Assembly: GCA_051294375.1 (NCBI GenBank) | Contig: CM119265.1 | Span: forward strand, 7,512,629 to 7,576,628 | Source of the DNA: Paraspadella gotoi | Taxonomy: Eukaryota; Animalia; Chaetognatha | Length of the DNA stretch: 64,000 bases | Direction of reading: 5' to 3' | In this document: one piece after another, positions 34,249 through 48,047 of the stretch | Layout: every line of letters begins with the position of its first letter | Position numbering within the stretch: position 1 is the first letter of the stretch | Translations under genes and position numbers: made by a program | Notes under the pieces: model-generated | Seen by the model: only the letters and a program-made list of their open reading frames with translations | The model's database searches: none | Told to the model about the DNA's origin: nothing

Positions 34249-34290
34249 CCGGAAGTGACGTTCGTGCTATCGTGGCGAAATGGCGTCGGC
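34249..34290 (+). promoter_or_regulatory. ETS-CRE composite (CCGGAAGTGACGT) followed by a YY1-like AAATGGCG; mirrored at 34551-34592 and 43701-43743
   Basis: Exact motif matches in a CpG-rich patch. These are typical animal housekeeping-promoter motifs; there is no functional evidence. Confidence 0.55.
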
Positions 34291-35156
34291 GACCGGAACG
34301 CGGTCGCTAGAGGTTTTTTTTTTTTTAACCGGAATGACGATGACGATGACGATGACGACGACGGCGATTTACGGTGGGCAGTCAAAGCGGCAGTAAAAAT
34401 CTCAGAGCCTCTGACTCTACAGTCGCACCGAAAAGATGCGGGGATGGGGGAAGAGGGGCGGTTGGTGGATGGAGATTGGAGATGGTGGGTTGCGGGGGGG
34501 AGATAGCGAACAGTAAAAAAAAAAAACTCTAGCGCCGCGTTCCGGTCGCCGACGCCATTTTCGCCACGATAGCCAACGAACGTCACTTCCGGTTTGACGA
34601 GCGCGCGACCGAGAGAACGGAGCAACAACGACAACAACAACGACGACTAAGGGAACCCTATTCGTCCGTCGACCGAGGGACGAGTCGCCATTCGGAACGG
34701 TGGAGGCAGAATGGAGAGAAGAGGGTTGCGCTGGTGTGTTCGATTCAAGGGGCTACGTTCCTACGTTCGTTAGTTTGTTCGTTTGTTCGTTCGTGTGTTT
34801 TTTTGTTCGTTCGTTCGCCCGTTCGTTTCGTTTGTTCGTTCCGTTCGTTTTTTTGTTTCGTTTCGTTCGTTCGTTTGTTCGTTCTTTCCTTCTTCCTTCC
34901 TTCATTCCTTCCTTCCCTTCCTTCCTTCCCTTCCCTTCCTTCCTTCCTTCCTTCCTTCCTTCCTTCCTTCCTTCCTTTCCTTCTTCTTTTCTTTCTCTTA
35001 GTAATAATATATTAAAAATAAAAAAATTAAATGTAAGAAATGTGAGACGATTTTTGATGCATATTGCGCAACTTTGGTTCTAAAATGCCTACTAGAATTT
35101 TTTTACATAGTCTCTCTCTCTCTCCTCGTCCTCTCGTCTCTCTCTTCTCCCATCGT

Positions 35157-35197
<41 letters not shown>

Positions 35198-36378
35198 TCC
35201 CTTCCCTTCCATTTCACTTGCTTTTTTTCACACTCTCATTAACATATTTTCATTTTCCTCTCCTTTTTTTTTTCTTCTTTTCTTTTTTTTTTTCTCCGAG
35301 CTTAAATTGGCAGTAAAATGAAACTTTATTTGACTTGCGCGAATATTACGTCGAAATAAAACGTCCTCGGTCGACTTTGTTCAGTCAATATATTACGTGG
35401 TTTTTTCTTTAAATTGTGTTTTTTATAATTTATTACCTAATGTCTATTGTTGTGCGTTGAATTATGCCTACGGTGGTAATTCCATATTGCGTTCAAAACA
35501 TTATTAATATTTCCTTTCTTAATTTTTTTTTTTTTTTGTTGCGCAGGATTTCTTTGAACTCGAAGATTGACCCTTTCTGCGTCGACGCAGAAAAAGAAGA
35601 AAAGAATTGGCGATCTTTTTCCGCCTCGTTTTTCCGATATTAATTCGTCTCCTATGGAACGACGATCAAGATGAAGCAAAAACAAAAACAAAAAACAAAA
35701 ACAAAAAACAAAAAAACAAAAACGAAGAGAGAATCGAAAGTGAAGGAAAAGTTTGACGGTGGCAAAAATCGAGAAATATTCGACGATGAAAACAGCGATG
35801 ACAATGACGACGTACGATTAAGACGACGACAAACGACGACGATTAAGACGACGACACGACGCCAACGACGACGACAACGATTAAGACGGACGACAACGAC
35901 GACAGACGACGACGATTAAGACGACGGACAAACGACGACGATTATAAGACGACGACACGACGACGATAGAGACACAAACGAGAGATTAAGACGACAGACG
36001 ACTAACAGACGACGATTAAGACGACGACAACGATTAAAGACGCGACACGAGGACGAAACGACGACGATTAAGACGACGATCAAGACGACGACAACGACGA
36101 CGATAAAACGGACGTGACGACATTAAGAACGACGACAACGACGACGATTAAAACGACGACAACGACGACGATTAGACGAACAACGGACAGACGATTAAGA
36201 GACGACACGACCGATAAGACGAAACGATACGATAAGACGACGACTAAGACAGATGAGTACACACGAGACAAACGACCGTTAAGACGACAACGACACATAG
36301 CGACAACTGCTTTAGTTTTTCTTTCCGCGTGATTTTTAGTGAAATTTTTTTCAACTCACTATCTCTGTCTCTGTCTTC

Positions 36379-36410
<32 letters not shown>

Positions 36411-36680
36411 CTACCTCATCTTCTGTCTTCGCTCTCTCTCTCTCCTCTCATTCTCTCTCCTCTCTCTCTCCTCTCTCTCTTCTCTCTCTCTCTCTCTCTC
36501 TTCGTTTTCCTCCAATCTCTCTCTGTATCTTTCATTTGCCCCACCAGCCCAGCCGTCATTTACGTGATTTCCTCTCTCTTGGTTATTTCCTTTTTCTTCC
36601 CGCTGTTTTCCAGTTGTTCTTTTATTTCCTTTCGTCGTCGTTCGTTGCGGATTGTTCCAAATGCGCTCGTCTCTCAGTGA

Positions 36681-36776
36681 CGCCATTTTTTGAAGAACTG
36701 AAACGATCGACGCGTCGGGCGCCATCTTGGAAAAAAAACCCGGAAGCCATCTTGGAGCCGGACTCGTGGCGCCATC
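36681..36776. promoter_or_regulatory. Cluster of YY1-like motifs (CGCCATTTT, GCCATCTT x2, GCCATCG) with an ETS core CCGGAAG
   Basis: Four same-orientation GCCAT sites in under 100 bp; copies near 32020-32125, 40945-41045 and 45740-45840. Confidence 0.5.
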
Positions 36777-37413
36777 GTTCTTCTCCCGCGCGAATCGCGA
36801 CGTCAAAAATAAAACAAAAAAAAACAACGAAATAATAAAAAAAAAATAAACACGTAATAGAATTAATAAAAAATTGATAAAAAATAAAAAAGGGAAAAAA
36901 ATCGGTTTCCACGCCGTCTGTTTGAGGAGGCGCTTGTCGATCTTCCTCGAAAAAGGCGCGCGAAAAAAATTTTGAAATGAGACTCGCGTGATTCGATTTT
37001 AAATTAGTTTTCGGATTAATATATTTAATTCAACGAAAATAATAATAACTTGTTTTGAAATAAAAAAATCATCCTATTGGGGAAAACTCGAGGGGAAAAA
37101 ACTTTTAAAAAAATGATTAGCTGACATCAACAGATTATTTTTCTCACGAAAAAAAAGTTTTTGTTGACGTTTTTCGTTTTTGAGTTTGAAACCGTGATCT
37201 CATAATCTACGGACTAAATAGGAAACAAGCAAACAAACAAACTCTAGTCAAGTTTCATTATTCAAAGAAATATTTTATAAACGAAAAATCAACGATAAAC
37301 GTCCATAAAATAAATTTTTCTTTTTCTCATTGTGAACTTTGTGACAAGAAAACAATGTAAGATAAACAAATTAAAAAAAAACAAAAAAAAACAAGCTACA
37401 CACACAAACCTAC

Positions 37414-37531
37414 CTGGTGCTTTCAAAAACCCGATTACAAACTTTATTTCTTGCATCTCACGTTATATTTCATCGCCGGTGTTTAACCAGCAAAAAAAAA
37501 AGTCATCGCAATTAACACGCTACTTCTACGA
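37414..37531 (-). other. Candidate 118-nt internal exon (copies near 40173-40295 + and 46446-46565 -)
   Basis: Bounded by acceptor ttttttgtatcTTTTCAG| and donor CCAG|GTAGGT. The 3' part could encode MQEIKFVIGFLKAP. Confidence 0.3.
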
Positions 37532-40500
37532 CTGAAAAGATACAAAAAAGTAAGTACAGAGAGATAGAAAGAGAAAGGGAGAAAGAAAGGCGATTAAAAA
37601 AAAAAGAAAAAAAAATGACGGGTCCCCTTAGTCCCTTTGAAATCCTTTTTTTCTGTGATTAAGACGGATCTCTTCATTCCGTTTGTTCATTTGTCCGGTT
37701 AACATAATTTTTTTTTCCCAATAGTTCTTTTATTTTTTCTTAATCGTTTTATGAGAGCTCAATCATATGGCTCCTAGGACAGACAGTGCCATCTGCGCGG
37801 CTCTGAAAGAGCCGGCTGAAAGAATGGCGGTAACGGTTACCTGTGCTGCCCTTAACGTCCTTGACGCCTCTTAGCTGCGGCCTGTAATGGCCATAGTGAA
37901 AGGACAACGAAATCACCTCATATCGTGTCGGATAATACTGTTGTCTTGTTGAGGCTGAAATGTGGATGAAAAATATTCTGCTCTGCCCAGAAAGCTGCGA
38001 GTTATCGGCTGATGACTCGAATGCTGCTTGACATTCCTGATACGCGGTGGCTTGTCCGATCGCGATTGGAAATCACTGTGAAAGACGTTTTGGTGGGAGG
38101 GGCGAGGTCGAGGGGCCGATCGAATCGAAGAGTTTTTGAAAACTGGCAGGATTTCGAGCCGTGACCAGAACCTGTCTTCGATCAATAGCGTCTAAGACCC
38201 GAAGTGCAATCGACTGGTTGTTTCCAGAACAGCCGTTGATGGATTCGCATCTTGAAGTCTCATAATGTCCTCGTCTCTTTTGAACCCGCTAATCTTGTGA
38301 AATCTGAGTCGAGTTGGTGGATAGAGCCCGAGCTTCTGAGGCATATTTGGACAGGTGTGTAGTTGCTGTTTGCAACAGCTTCTGTCGGCACGGTAGAACG
38401 GGTCATTAATGCTCTCTCCGCCTAAGTTATGCAGCAAAAACGTACTTCTTACCATAGATGGTCTGCAGCAATGAGTCTTGTGCCACTAGCCTCCCCATTT
38501 CTGACAAGTGAACCGCTTCTCCACTCACCTACTATACTGAACCCGTTGGTTGTCCACGTTCTGAAAGCCGTTGCGTCTCCCCTACTTAAACGGCGGTACT
38601 ACTCTCTCACCTGTGCAGCGTGTTCCCGGGACTCTTCCTCCTTTTCTGGCTGTGCAATCGTCTATGTTCGATTCAGTTGGAACGTTTTACCGGTCCTCTA
38701 CCCTTCGTTTGATAGCTGTGCAGTGCGCCTCGTGATTTCGAGATCGCGTGACCATGCGTTATTGCTCGTTGTCGTCAACGCAACCGCCGTTACGCATTCG
38801 TGGGAAAGGCCGTTGGGCAACAGGCTTGTCAAGGGTTTCGGCAGATTGAACTAGGAGAAAAAAAAGTAAATAAAAAATATTTGAAGAGGGTAAAAGCGAA
38901 CGACGTACGTAAAATATAACCTCAACAGAAATTAGGAAAACTTACTGGATTCACATAGTGGACTTTCTCCTGTAGCTGTCTAATTAAACAACAAATCATG
39001 TTAGTCATTTGATGGCATGATGTTTCGGAGGAAGTCATATTTTTTCTGAATCGCAGATGTTCGTTATTCCGAAGACGCGCTGTCAATTTCGTCTAACGAT
39101 GTTGACTTCACCACTGGCGGTAATATCCTTCGACTTTTTTTTTCGAACTTTGTCGCAAAATCGAATGGTCGGCTTGTTTGGGTGCTATTAGGCCGCGTAT
39201 CACGAAGGCGATACTGTGGAGCACAAAGCAGCCCGAAACTGTAGACACTTCGTGCGGTATTATATGATTTGCGGATAGAGAAGTTGGATATGTGTTAATA
39301 ACGCTGTTTCTGAGCTGTTTCTCACGTACGAAATTTAGCCGTGCGCAAGAGGCCTGTACTCTCTTATCAAATCCTCTTCTTTCGCCTCTGATCGAGTAAG
39401 GCTAAAGTCCTCTCGAAAGACGTCGCTGCCAGAATGTCTCACGGCTGGAGAGACGAAAGTTGGCGAGGTCGAGACACTCTGGGCGAGGCAGTAGTCCCGG
39501 TCAATTTCACATCGAAGTCCCGCGTCGACGAACACTTCTTCGTCTTGAGATTGGCGTGAACTCGACTTCCTGTTCGCGGTTCAAATTCCTGAAGACTCAG
39601 GAGAGGGCGCCTGAGCCAGCTGGGAGAAAATGTATACGAGTCCTTCTAGAAACGTAACTTCTTAGGAGGATATTCAATGTTTGTACTCTCATAACCTGTC
39701 TTTATTCCACTTGCACTTACAGCGGCGACGAGATCGAGGTGACTCCTTATTTCCTTCTGCGCACGCCTCGTCACGCTCGAAGACGGTCCGCGCCGAGGCA
39801 AACTCCAAAACGGTCATCAGCGCTAAGCGAGGGGATCGTGCTAGTATCGACGTCATTTGGCGTTTAACCGTAAAACAAACACACAAGGGGGCCGAAAAAG
39901 TTGGAATGGGAGAAACTTAGCAAGGTGACAAATATGGTCAACATAAGGTCTTCAGACGCCCGGCAGATGGCAAATGTCTGTCTAGCGATGCCTTGAATTG
40001 AGCTTCTACTTGCATCAAAAGTATTGGGAAAAACTTATGTTACGGACATGAAAGGATGAGAGATCGTCTTATCAGAAGGATTTCAGGGACTGGGCGTCAT
40101 TTTTTTTCTTTTTTTTAAATTTCCGCTTTCTTTTTTCTCTTTCCTTTTCGTACTTATTTTTTGTATCTTTCAGTCGTAAGAAGTAGCGTGTTATTGGATG
40201 AACTTTTTTTTTTGGCTGGTTAAACCACCCCGGCGAATGAAATATAAGTGAGATGCCGATAAAGTTTGTAATCGGGTTTATTTGAAAGCACCCAGGTTAG
40301 GACTTGTGTGTGGTATGCTTTCGTTTTTTTCTGGTTTTTTTTTAATTTGTTTTATCTTACATTGTTTTTCTTGTCACCAAGTTCAACCCAATGAGAAAAA
40401 AAAAAATTTTATTTTATGGACGTTTCATCCCGTTGCATTTTTTCGTTTATTAAATATTTCTTTGAATAATGAACTTGACTGAGTTGTTTGTTTGCTTGTT

Positions 40501-42571
40501 TGTTTTAGTCCGTAAGATTATGAGATCACGGTTTCCAAACTCAAACAGAAAAACGTCACCAAAACTTTTTTTTTTCGTGAAAAAATAATCTGTTCGATGT
40601 CAGCTATCATTTTTTTAAAGTTTTTTCTCCTCGAGTTTTCCCCAATAAGGATGATTTTTTTTCACAAAACAAGTTATTATTATTTTCGCGTTGAATTAAA
40701 TATATTAATCCGAAAAACTAATTTCAAATCGAATCAACCGCGAGTCTCATTTCACAAAATTTTTTTTCGCGCGCTTTTCGAGGACGATCGACAAGCGCCT
40801 CTCAACAGACGGCGTGGAACCGATTTTTCCCTTTTTTTTTTTTTATTTTTTTATTACTTCTTTACGTGTTTATTTTTTTTATATTATTTCGTTGTTTTTT
40901 TTTTTTGTTTTAATTTTTGGAGTCGCGATTCGCGCGGGAGAAGAACGATGGCGCCACGAGTCCGGCTCCAAGATGGCTTCCGGGTTTTTTTTCCAAGATG
41001 GCGCCGCGACGCGTCGATCGTTTCAGTTCTTCAAAAAATGGCGTCACTGAGTAGACGAGCGCATTCTGAACAACCGCAACGAACGACAGACGAAAGGAAA
41101 ATAAAGAACACTGGAAAAGGGAAAAAATGGAACGAGAGGGAAGCCATCGAAGATTCTAAGATGGCGGCTGGGACTGGGATGGGGGGAAAATGAAGCATTA
41201 ACGCGGAGAGGATTGGAAACGAGAGAATGAAGAGAGAGAGAGTGAAGAGAGAGAGAGAAGGGAGACAGAGAGAGAGTGAGAAGGAGAGAGGAAGAGAGAG
41301 TAGGTGAGTTGAGTAGAGAGAGAAGAGGAGAGAGAGAGAGAGGGAGACAGAGACAAAGGTGAGAGATAGCTTGGAAAAAATTTGCACTAAAAATTCAGAT
41401 TACTTTGGGAGGATGATTACAGTAGAGGGAAGGTGTGTGGTAGAGTTAGCTCGAAAGAACACTAAAATGCATTGTCGTCTTAAATGTTGCGTTGTCGTCG
41501 TCTCATCGTCGTCGCTTGCTGTCGTTGTCGTCGTCTTAATCGTCGTCGTTGTCGTCGTCTTAACGTCGTCCGTTCGTCGTGTTGGCGTGTCTAATCGTTC
41601 GTGTTTGTGGTCGTCTTAACATCGTCGTCGTCTGTCGTCGTCTTAATTCGTGTCGTTGTCGTCTCTTATGTCGTCGTGTTGTCGTTGTCGTCGTCTTTAC
41701 ATCGTCGTCGTTTGTCGTCGTTGTCTCGCTCTTAATCGTTGTCGTCCTCTTAATCGTTTGTGTCGTCTTAATCGTCGTCGTTGTCCGTCGTCTTAATCGT
41801 CGTCGTTGTGGTCGTCTTAATGTCGTCGTATGTCGTTCGTCTTTAATGTCGTCGTTGTCGTCGTCTTAATCGTCGTCGTTGTCAGTGTTGTCGTCGTCTT
41901 AATCCGTTTGTCGTCGTCGTTGTCGTCGTGTCGTCGTCTTATCGTCGTCGTTGTCGTCGTCTTAATCGTCGTCGTCATTGTCATCGTGGTTTTCATCGTC
42001 GGAATATTTTCTTCGATTTTTGCACGTCAACTTTTCTCACTTTCGATTCTCTCTTCGTTTTTGTTTTTGTTTTTTGTTTTGTTTTTTTGTTTTTGTTTTT
42101 TTTTTTTGTCTTCATCTTGATCGTCGTTTCATGGAGAACGATTAATGAAAACGAGGCGGAAAAGATGTCAATTCTTTCTTCTTTTTGCTGACGACAGAAA
42201 GGTCAATCTTCGAGTTCAAAGAATCTGGTCACACAAAAAAAAAAAATTAAGAAAGAAAATATTAATAATGTTTGAACGCAATATGTTACCACCGGTAGAT
42301 AATTCAAACGCACACATAGAATTAGTAATAAATATAACACATTTAAAGAGAAAACACGTATATATATTTGGACGGAACAAAGTCGACCGAGGACGTTTTA
42401 TTTTTTCAGACGTAATATTCGCGCGTCCAAATAAATTTCATTTTTTACTGCCTATTTAGCTTCGAGGAGAAAAAAAAGAAAAGAGAGAAAAAAAAGGAGA
42501 AGGAAAATGAAATATTTTTAATGGAGAGGGAAAAAGAAGAGAGTGGGAGGAAGGGAAGGAAGGGGAGAGAG

Positions 42572-42599
<28 letters not shown>

Positions 42600-42632
<33 letters not shown>

Positions 42633-45600
42633 GAGAGAGACAGAGAGAAGGGAGAGAGCGAGAGATTTTTTTGAAGCACTCCGAGATAAAACAAAGTCTT
42701 GTTTTGCATTAAGATACTAAGATTTGCTTGTACATTTTACGAATTATGATAAAGCAAATTAGGCTTTAGGCTTTTTTCTGGCTTTGATTTCGAAAGGGTC
42801 CTCGTAGCAGCGATCTCACAAACTTGCTTGATCCTAAACGTTGGTTCTGTCGGAAGGTGCGTTTATCACAGGTGAACCTGGACGGACCAGTAGTCGGGGG
42901 CTCCGGAGTGAGGAGACCATGGCTTCAGGTGAACAAGTATTGATCTACAGATGCTGCACCGAAAACCTCCTTTTGAATTCGTGTCGACAGAATACCGAAG
43001 TGCTTCCCGGATCACAGCATCCAGAGTATCGTAACGGTCATGTCGTGAGGATTCGTTCCACAAAAATGAAAAAAAGTCGTCGATAAAACTTCACCTCACA
43101 TATTTTGGTTCCATAAAATCAACTGTCCCCAAGCGAGACGTCGTCGATTATTTCGCGTCGTCGTTGTGGTGTCTCGTCGTTGTAGACGCTTGTTTGACTT
43201 TTTTACTCTTTTCACTTTTTTTTTCACAGTTCAACTAAGCTCCATTTTCTTTTTGCAATTTTACTCTTCTTTCAGATTTTTTGCTTTAAAATAATTTTGA
43301 ATTAACATTTAAAATTTATTTTTAGGTTAATTTTTTTTATTCATTTTTATAGTTTTGCATTTATTTCTTTCATTCATATCATCGTCTTCCGATTTAGCTC
43401 TTTCATCCATCTTGTCGCCCTTTATCTACTTATCCTTTGCCTTCCTTTTCTCATTATCACTTCTCACTCCTCACTCACACTCTCATTATTTACTCTCACT
43501 TTAAACTCCACTCCCATCCCCCAACACATCTCCATTCCATCCCACGCCCTCTTCCCCCCATCCCCCCATCTTTCGGTGCGACTGTAAGTCAGAGCTCTGA
43601 GATTTTATGCGTTTGCTGCCACGTAAATCGGTCGTCTGTCATGTCATCGCTCATCGTCATTCCGGTTAAAAAAAAAAACTCTAGCGGCGTTCCGGTCGGC
43701 CGACGCCATTTTCGCAGAAATAGCCAACGAACGTCACTTCCGGTTTTGAACGAGCGCGCGATGAGAGAAGGAGCAACAAAGAAACACAGAGACTAAGGGA
43801 ACCTATTCGTCCGCGACCGAGGGGCCGTCGCATTCGGACGGTGGAGGAGAATGGGAGAAGAGGGTTGGCTGGTGTGCTCGATTCAAGGGTTAGTTCTACG
43901 TTCGTAGTTTGTTCGTTGTTCGTTCGTGTGTTTTTTCGTTCGTTCGTTTGCAACGTTCCGTTCGTTTGTTCGGTTCGTTGTTTGTTTTTCGTTCGTTCGT
44001 TGGGGTTCGTTTTTCCTTCATTCTTCCTTCTTCTTCTTCCTTCCTTCCTTCCTTCGTTCTTCCTTCCTTCCTTCTTCTTCTTCTCCTTCTTCTTCTTCTT
44101 TTCTTTCTCTTAGTAATAATATATTAAATAAACAATTAAATGTAAAAGATGTGAGACGATTTTTGATGCATATTGCGCAACTTTGGTTTCTAAAATGCCT
44201 ACTAGAATTTTTTTACATAGTCTCTCTCTCTCTCTCTCTCTCTTCTCTCTTCTCCTTCTTCTTCTCTCTCTTCTTCTTTCTCTCTCTTCTTCCTTCCTTA
44301 TTTCACTTGCTTTTTTTCCTCTCATTCATTTTATTTTCTTCTCCTTTTTTTTTTCTTTCTTTTCTTTTTTTTTTTCTACGAGTTAAATTGGGGCAGTAAA
44401 ATGAACTTTTATTGATTTGCGACGAATTATTATCGAAATAAAACGTCCTCGGTCGATTTGTTCAGTCAATATATTAGTGGTTTTCTGTCTTTAAATGTGT
44501 TTATATTTATTCCTATGTCTATTGTTGTGCTTGAATTATGCACGGTGGTAATTCATATTGCGTTAAAACATTATTAATATTTTCTTTCTTAATTTTTTTT
44601 TTTTTGTGCGCAGGATTTCTTTGAACTTCGAAGATTGACCTTTCTGAGTCGACGCAAGAAAAGAAGAAGAATTGACGATCTTTTTCCGACCTCGTTTCGA
44701 ATTAATTCGTCATGATGGAAAGACGATCAGATGAAGCAAAAACAAAAACAAAAAACAAAAACAAAACAAACACAAAACGAAGAGAAATCGAAAAGTGAAG
44801 GAAAAGTTTGACGGTGGCAAAAAGAGAAATATTCCGACGATAAAACAGCGATGAAAATGACGAGACGATTAAGACGACGACAGACGCGATTAAGACGACG
44901 ACACGAACGCAACGACGAAGACAAGATTAAGACGACGAAACGACGAAACGACGAACGATTAAGACGACGACAAACGACGACGAATAAGACGACGACACGA
45001 CGACGATTAAGACACAAACGAAGAGATTCAGACGACGACACGACGACGTTAAGAGAACGAAAACGATTAAGACGACGACAACGATTAAGACGCGACACAC
45101 GACCGAAAGACGACGATTAAAGACGACGACAAACGACGACACGACGACGATTAAAGACGGACGATCGACGACGATTAAGACGACGACAAGACGACGATTA
45201 AGAACGACACAACGACGACGATTTAAGAGAGCAACGCGACACGACGAGATTAAGAAGACGACACGACGACGATTAAGAGACGAAAGAACGACAACGAGAC
45301 GATTAAGAAGAGAAACGAGAGATTAGACGACAATGCATCTTAGTTTTTCTTTCCGGTGATTTTATTTGTGAAATTTTTTTCAACTCACTATTCTGTCTCT
45401 GGTCTATCCTCTCTCTCTCTCTACTCTCTTTCTCTCTCTGCTCTCTGCTTCCCATACTCCCCCTTTCTTCCCTTGTCTGCTCAATCTCTCCTGCTCTTCT
45501 ATCTCTCTCCTCGTCTCTCTCTCATTCTCTCTCTCTCTCTCTCTCATCTCCTCTCTCTTCTCGCTCTCTCCTCGTTCCAATCTCTCTCTGTATCTTTCAT

Positions 45601-46833
45601 TTGCGCCACCAGCCAGCCGTCATTTATCGTGATTTCCTCTGTCATTTTTTTCGCGTTTTTCTTTTTCCTCCAGTTGTTCTTTTTATTTCCTTTCGCGTCG
45701 TTCGTTGCGGATTGTTCCAATGCGGCTCGTCTGCCTCGGATGACGCCATTTTTTGAAAGAACTGAAACGATGACGCGTCGGGCGCCAATCTTGGAAAAAA
45801 AACACGGAAGACCATCTTGGAGCCGGACTCGTGCGCATCGTTCTTCTCCCGCGCGAATCGCTGAGTTCAAAAATAAAACCAAAAAACAACGAAATAATAA
45901 AAAAAATAAACCGTAATTAGAATTATAAAAAATTGATAAAAAATAAAAAAGGGAAAAATGTTTCCACGCCGTCTGTTTGAGGAAGGCGCTTGTCGATCTT
46001 CCTCGAAAAGGCGCGCGAAAAAAATTTTGAAATGGCTCGCGTGATTCGATTTAATTAGTTTTGCGGATTATATATTTAATTCAACGAAAAATAATAATAA
46101 CTTGTTTTGAAATAAAAAATCATCCTATTGGGGAAACTGAGGGAAAAAACTTTTAAAAAAAATGATTAGCTGACTCAACGTATTTTTCTCACGAAAAAAA
46201 ATTTTTGTTGACGTTTTTCGTTTTTTGAGTTTGGAACGTGATCTCATATCTACGGCCTAATAGAAACAAGAACAAACAATCTAGTCAAAGTTTCATTATT
46301 CAAAGAAATATTTATAAACGAAAAATACCGATAAAGCATGAAAATATAATTTTTCTTTTTCTCATTGTGAACTTTGTACAAGAAAACAATGTAAGATAAA
46401 CAAATTAAAAAAAAAAAAAAAAACAAGCTACACACACAAACCTACCTGGGTGCTTTCAAAAAACCCGATTACAACTTTATTTCTTGCATCTCACGTTATA
46501 TTTCATCGCCGGTGTTTAACCAGCAATAAAAAAAGTTCATCGCAATTAACACGCTACTTCTACGATGAAAAGATACAAAAAGTAAGTACAGAGAGATAGA
46601 AAGGAAAGGGAGAAAGAAAGGCGTTAAAAAAAAAGAGAAAAAAATGACGGTCCCCTTAGTCCTTTGAAATCTTTTTTTCTGTGATTAAGACGGATCTCTT
46701 CATTCCGTTTGTTCTTTTGTCCGGTTAACATAATTTTTTTTCCCAATAGTTCTTTTATTTTTTCTTAATCGTTTTATGAGAGCTCAATCATATGGCTCCT
46801 AGGACAGACAGTGCAATTGCGGCGGCTCTGAAG
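42600..46833 (+). repeat. Direct copy of part of A, inverted S and all of B (probable native A-S'-B arrangement)
   Basis: 42660-43515 matches 28010-28914, 43516-43668 is the reverse complement of S, and 43667-46833 matches 34514-37808. Confidence 0.9.
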
Positions 46834-46852
46834 AGAGAGAGAGGAGAGAGAG

Positions 46853-46884
<32 letters not shown>

Positions 46885-48039
46885 AGAGGAAAGGAGGGAG
46901 GCTGCCGTCGCTTCATCGAGTCTAATTGTGAATTATTTTTTATGCTTCCCCAATCATTATAGTTTTTTTTCTTTCCCCGATTATTTTATGATTAAGTGAA
47001 AAAGGTTGTGGAGGGNNNNNNNNNNNNNNNNNNNNNNNNNTGGGGGGGGAGGGAAAAACCACAAATGAGACTGGAATCAATTATTAGAAAAGAAAATGGG
47101 GGAACAATGAGACGGGAAACATTAGGAGACAGAGAGACAAGGGGATGAGGAAAATAGACGGAGAGAGAGAGAGAAATTGGAGGGAAAAGTGGACATAGAA
47201 TTATATATATATATATGAGTATATATTTTGGATTAAATCATATTTTGTTTATTTACAGATTTGCTTTTCTTCGTCTGGATTTTTCGAGGACAAAAAATGC
47301 AATATTTTTTTGTCGTTGTTCTTCTCGAAAAAATTTGACCAAAAAAAAAAATCCTTAAAAAGGAAATCGCGTCGTTCCTCATTTTTTTCTCTCACAGTCA
47401 AACTTCGCTTCTGTTCACATATAATTCTTCGTTAGATATCGTAATTAATTTTTTTTGTCATAATAAAATTTAAAAAAAATCACATAATTGGTTTTTAGCC
47501 TCGTACGTTCTAGTTTAAAAAAAAAAACACAGAAAAAACAAAAAAGAAAAAACCCAAACCGTAAAAAAAAACCCAGAGCTACTTAACTTTCTATGTTGTC
47601 TCGTTTTTCATCGTTATATTCAAACAAAACAAAAAAATCTCCACCGCTACTCGTCTTAACTATTTCTTTTCCCTCCATTGAATAGAATAAAAAAAGTTAT
47701 TATTATTATTATTATCATTATTCACTTACCTGAAATTTTTGTCGTAAACTTACTCTTATACTCTTAATTGCTCCGTCTCTCGCTCTCTCCGTTTCTCTAG
47801 ATCTTATTCTCTCTCCCTCTCACTATCTCGCTCTCTCACTCACTGTTTTTTTTTTGTTTCGGCGCTTCGAAAAAAAAAATACATTTTTGCATTCGAAAAA
47901 TTATAAACATATTGTATATCATCCGCAGTTTATTTTTTCAAACGAAAGAATAAAGAAAACCAACGACAAACCGTTTTTAATTAACGAATTCCATCGCGAA
48001 ATATTACATTCGAACAAACCGTTACCGACTACATTGCGC

Positions 48040-48047
48040 TATAAATA
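48040..48047 (+). promoter_or_regulatory. Candidate TATA box upstream of the CELF exon
   Basis: gcgcTATAAATAcag about 1.36 kb upstream of the ATG. Motif only. Confidence 0.25.

Larger units (their letters stand above)
31654..37145. repeat. Large inverted repeat B'-S-B, about 2.65 kb arms and the same loop S (34326-34502 plus an 11-nt insert)
   Basis: 31654-34326 is the reverse complement of 37145-34514 (e.g. caaaccggaagtgacgttcg vs cgaacgtcacttccggtttg). Confidence 0.95.
35150..42600. repeat. Third inverted repeat B-X-B' flanking a 2.1 kb unique spacer (37809-39948)
   Basis: 39949-42600 is a noisy reverse complement of 37808-35150 (gacagtgccatctgcgcggctctgaaag vs tcttcagacgcccggcagatggcaaatgtc). 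Confidence 0.9.
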
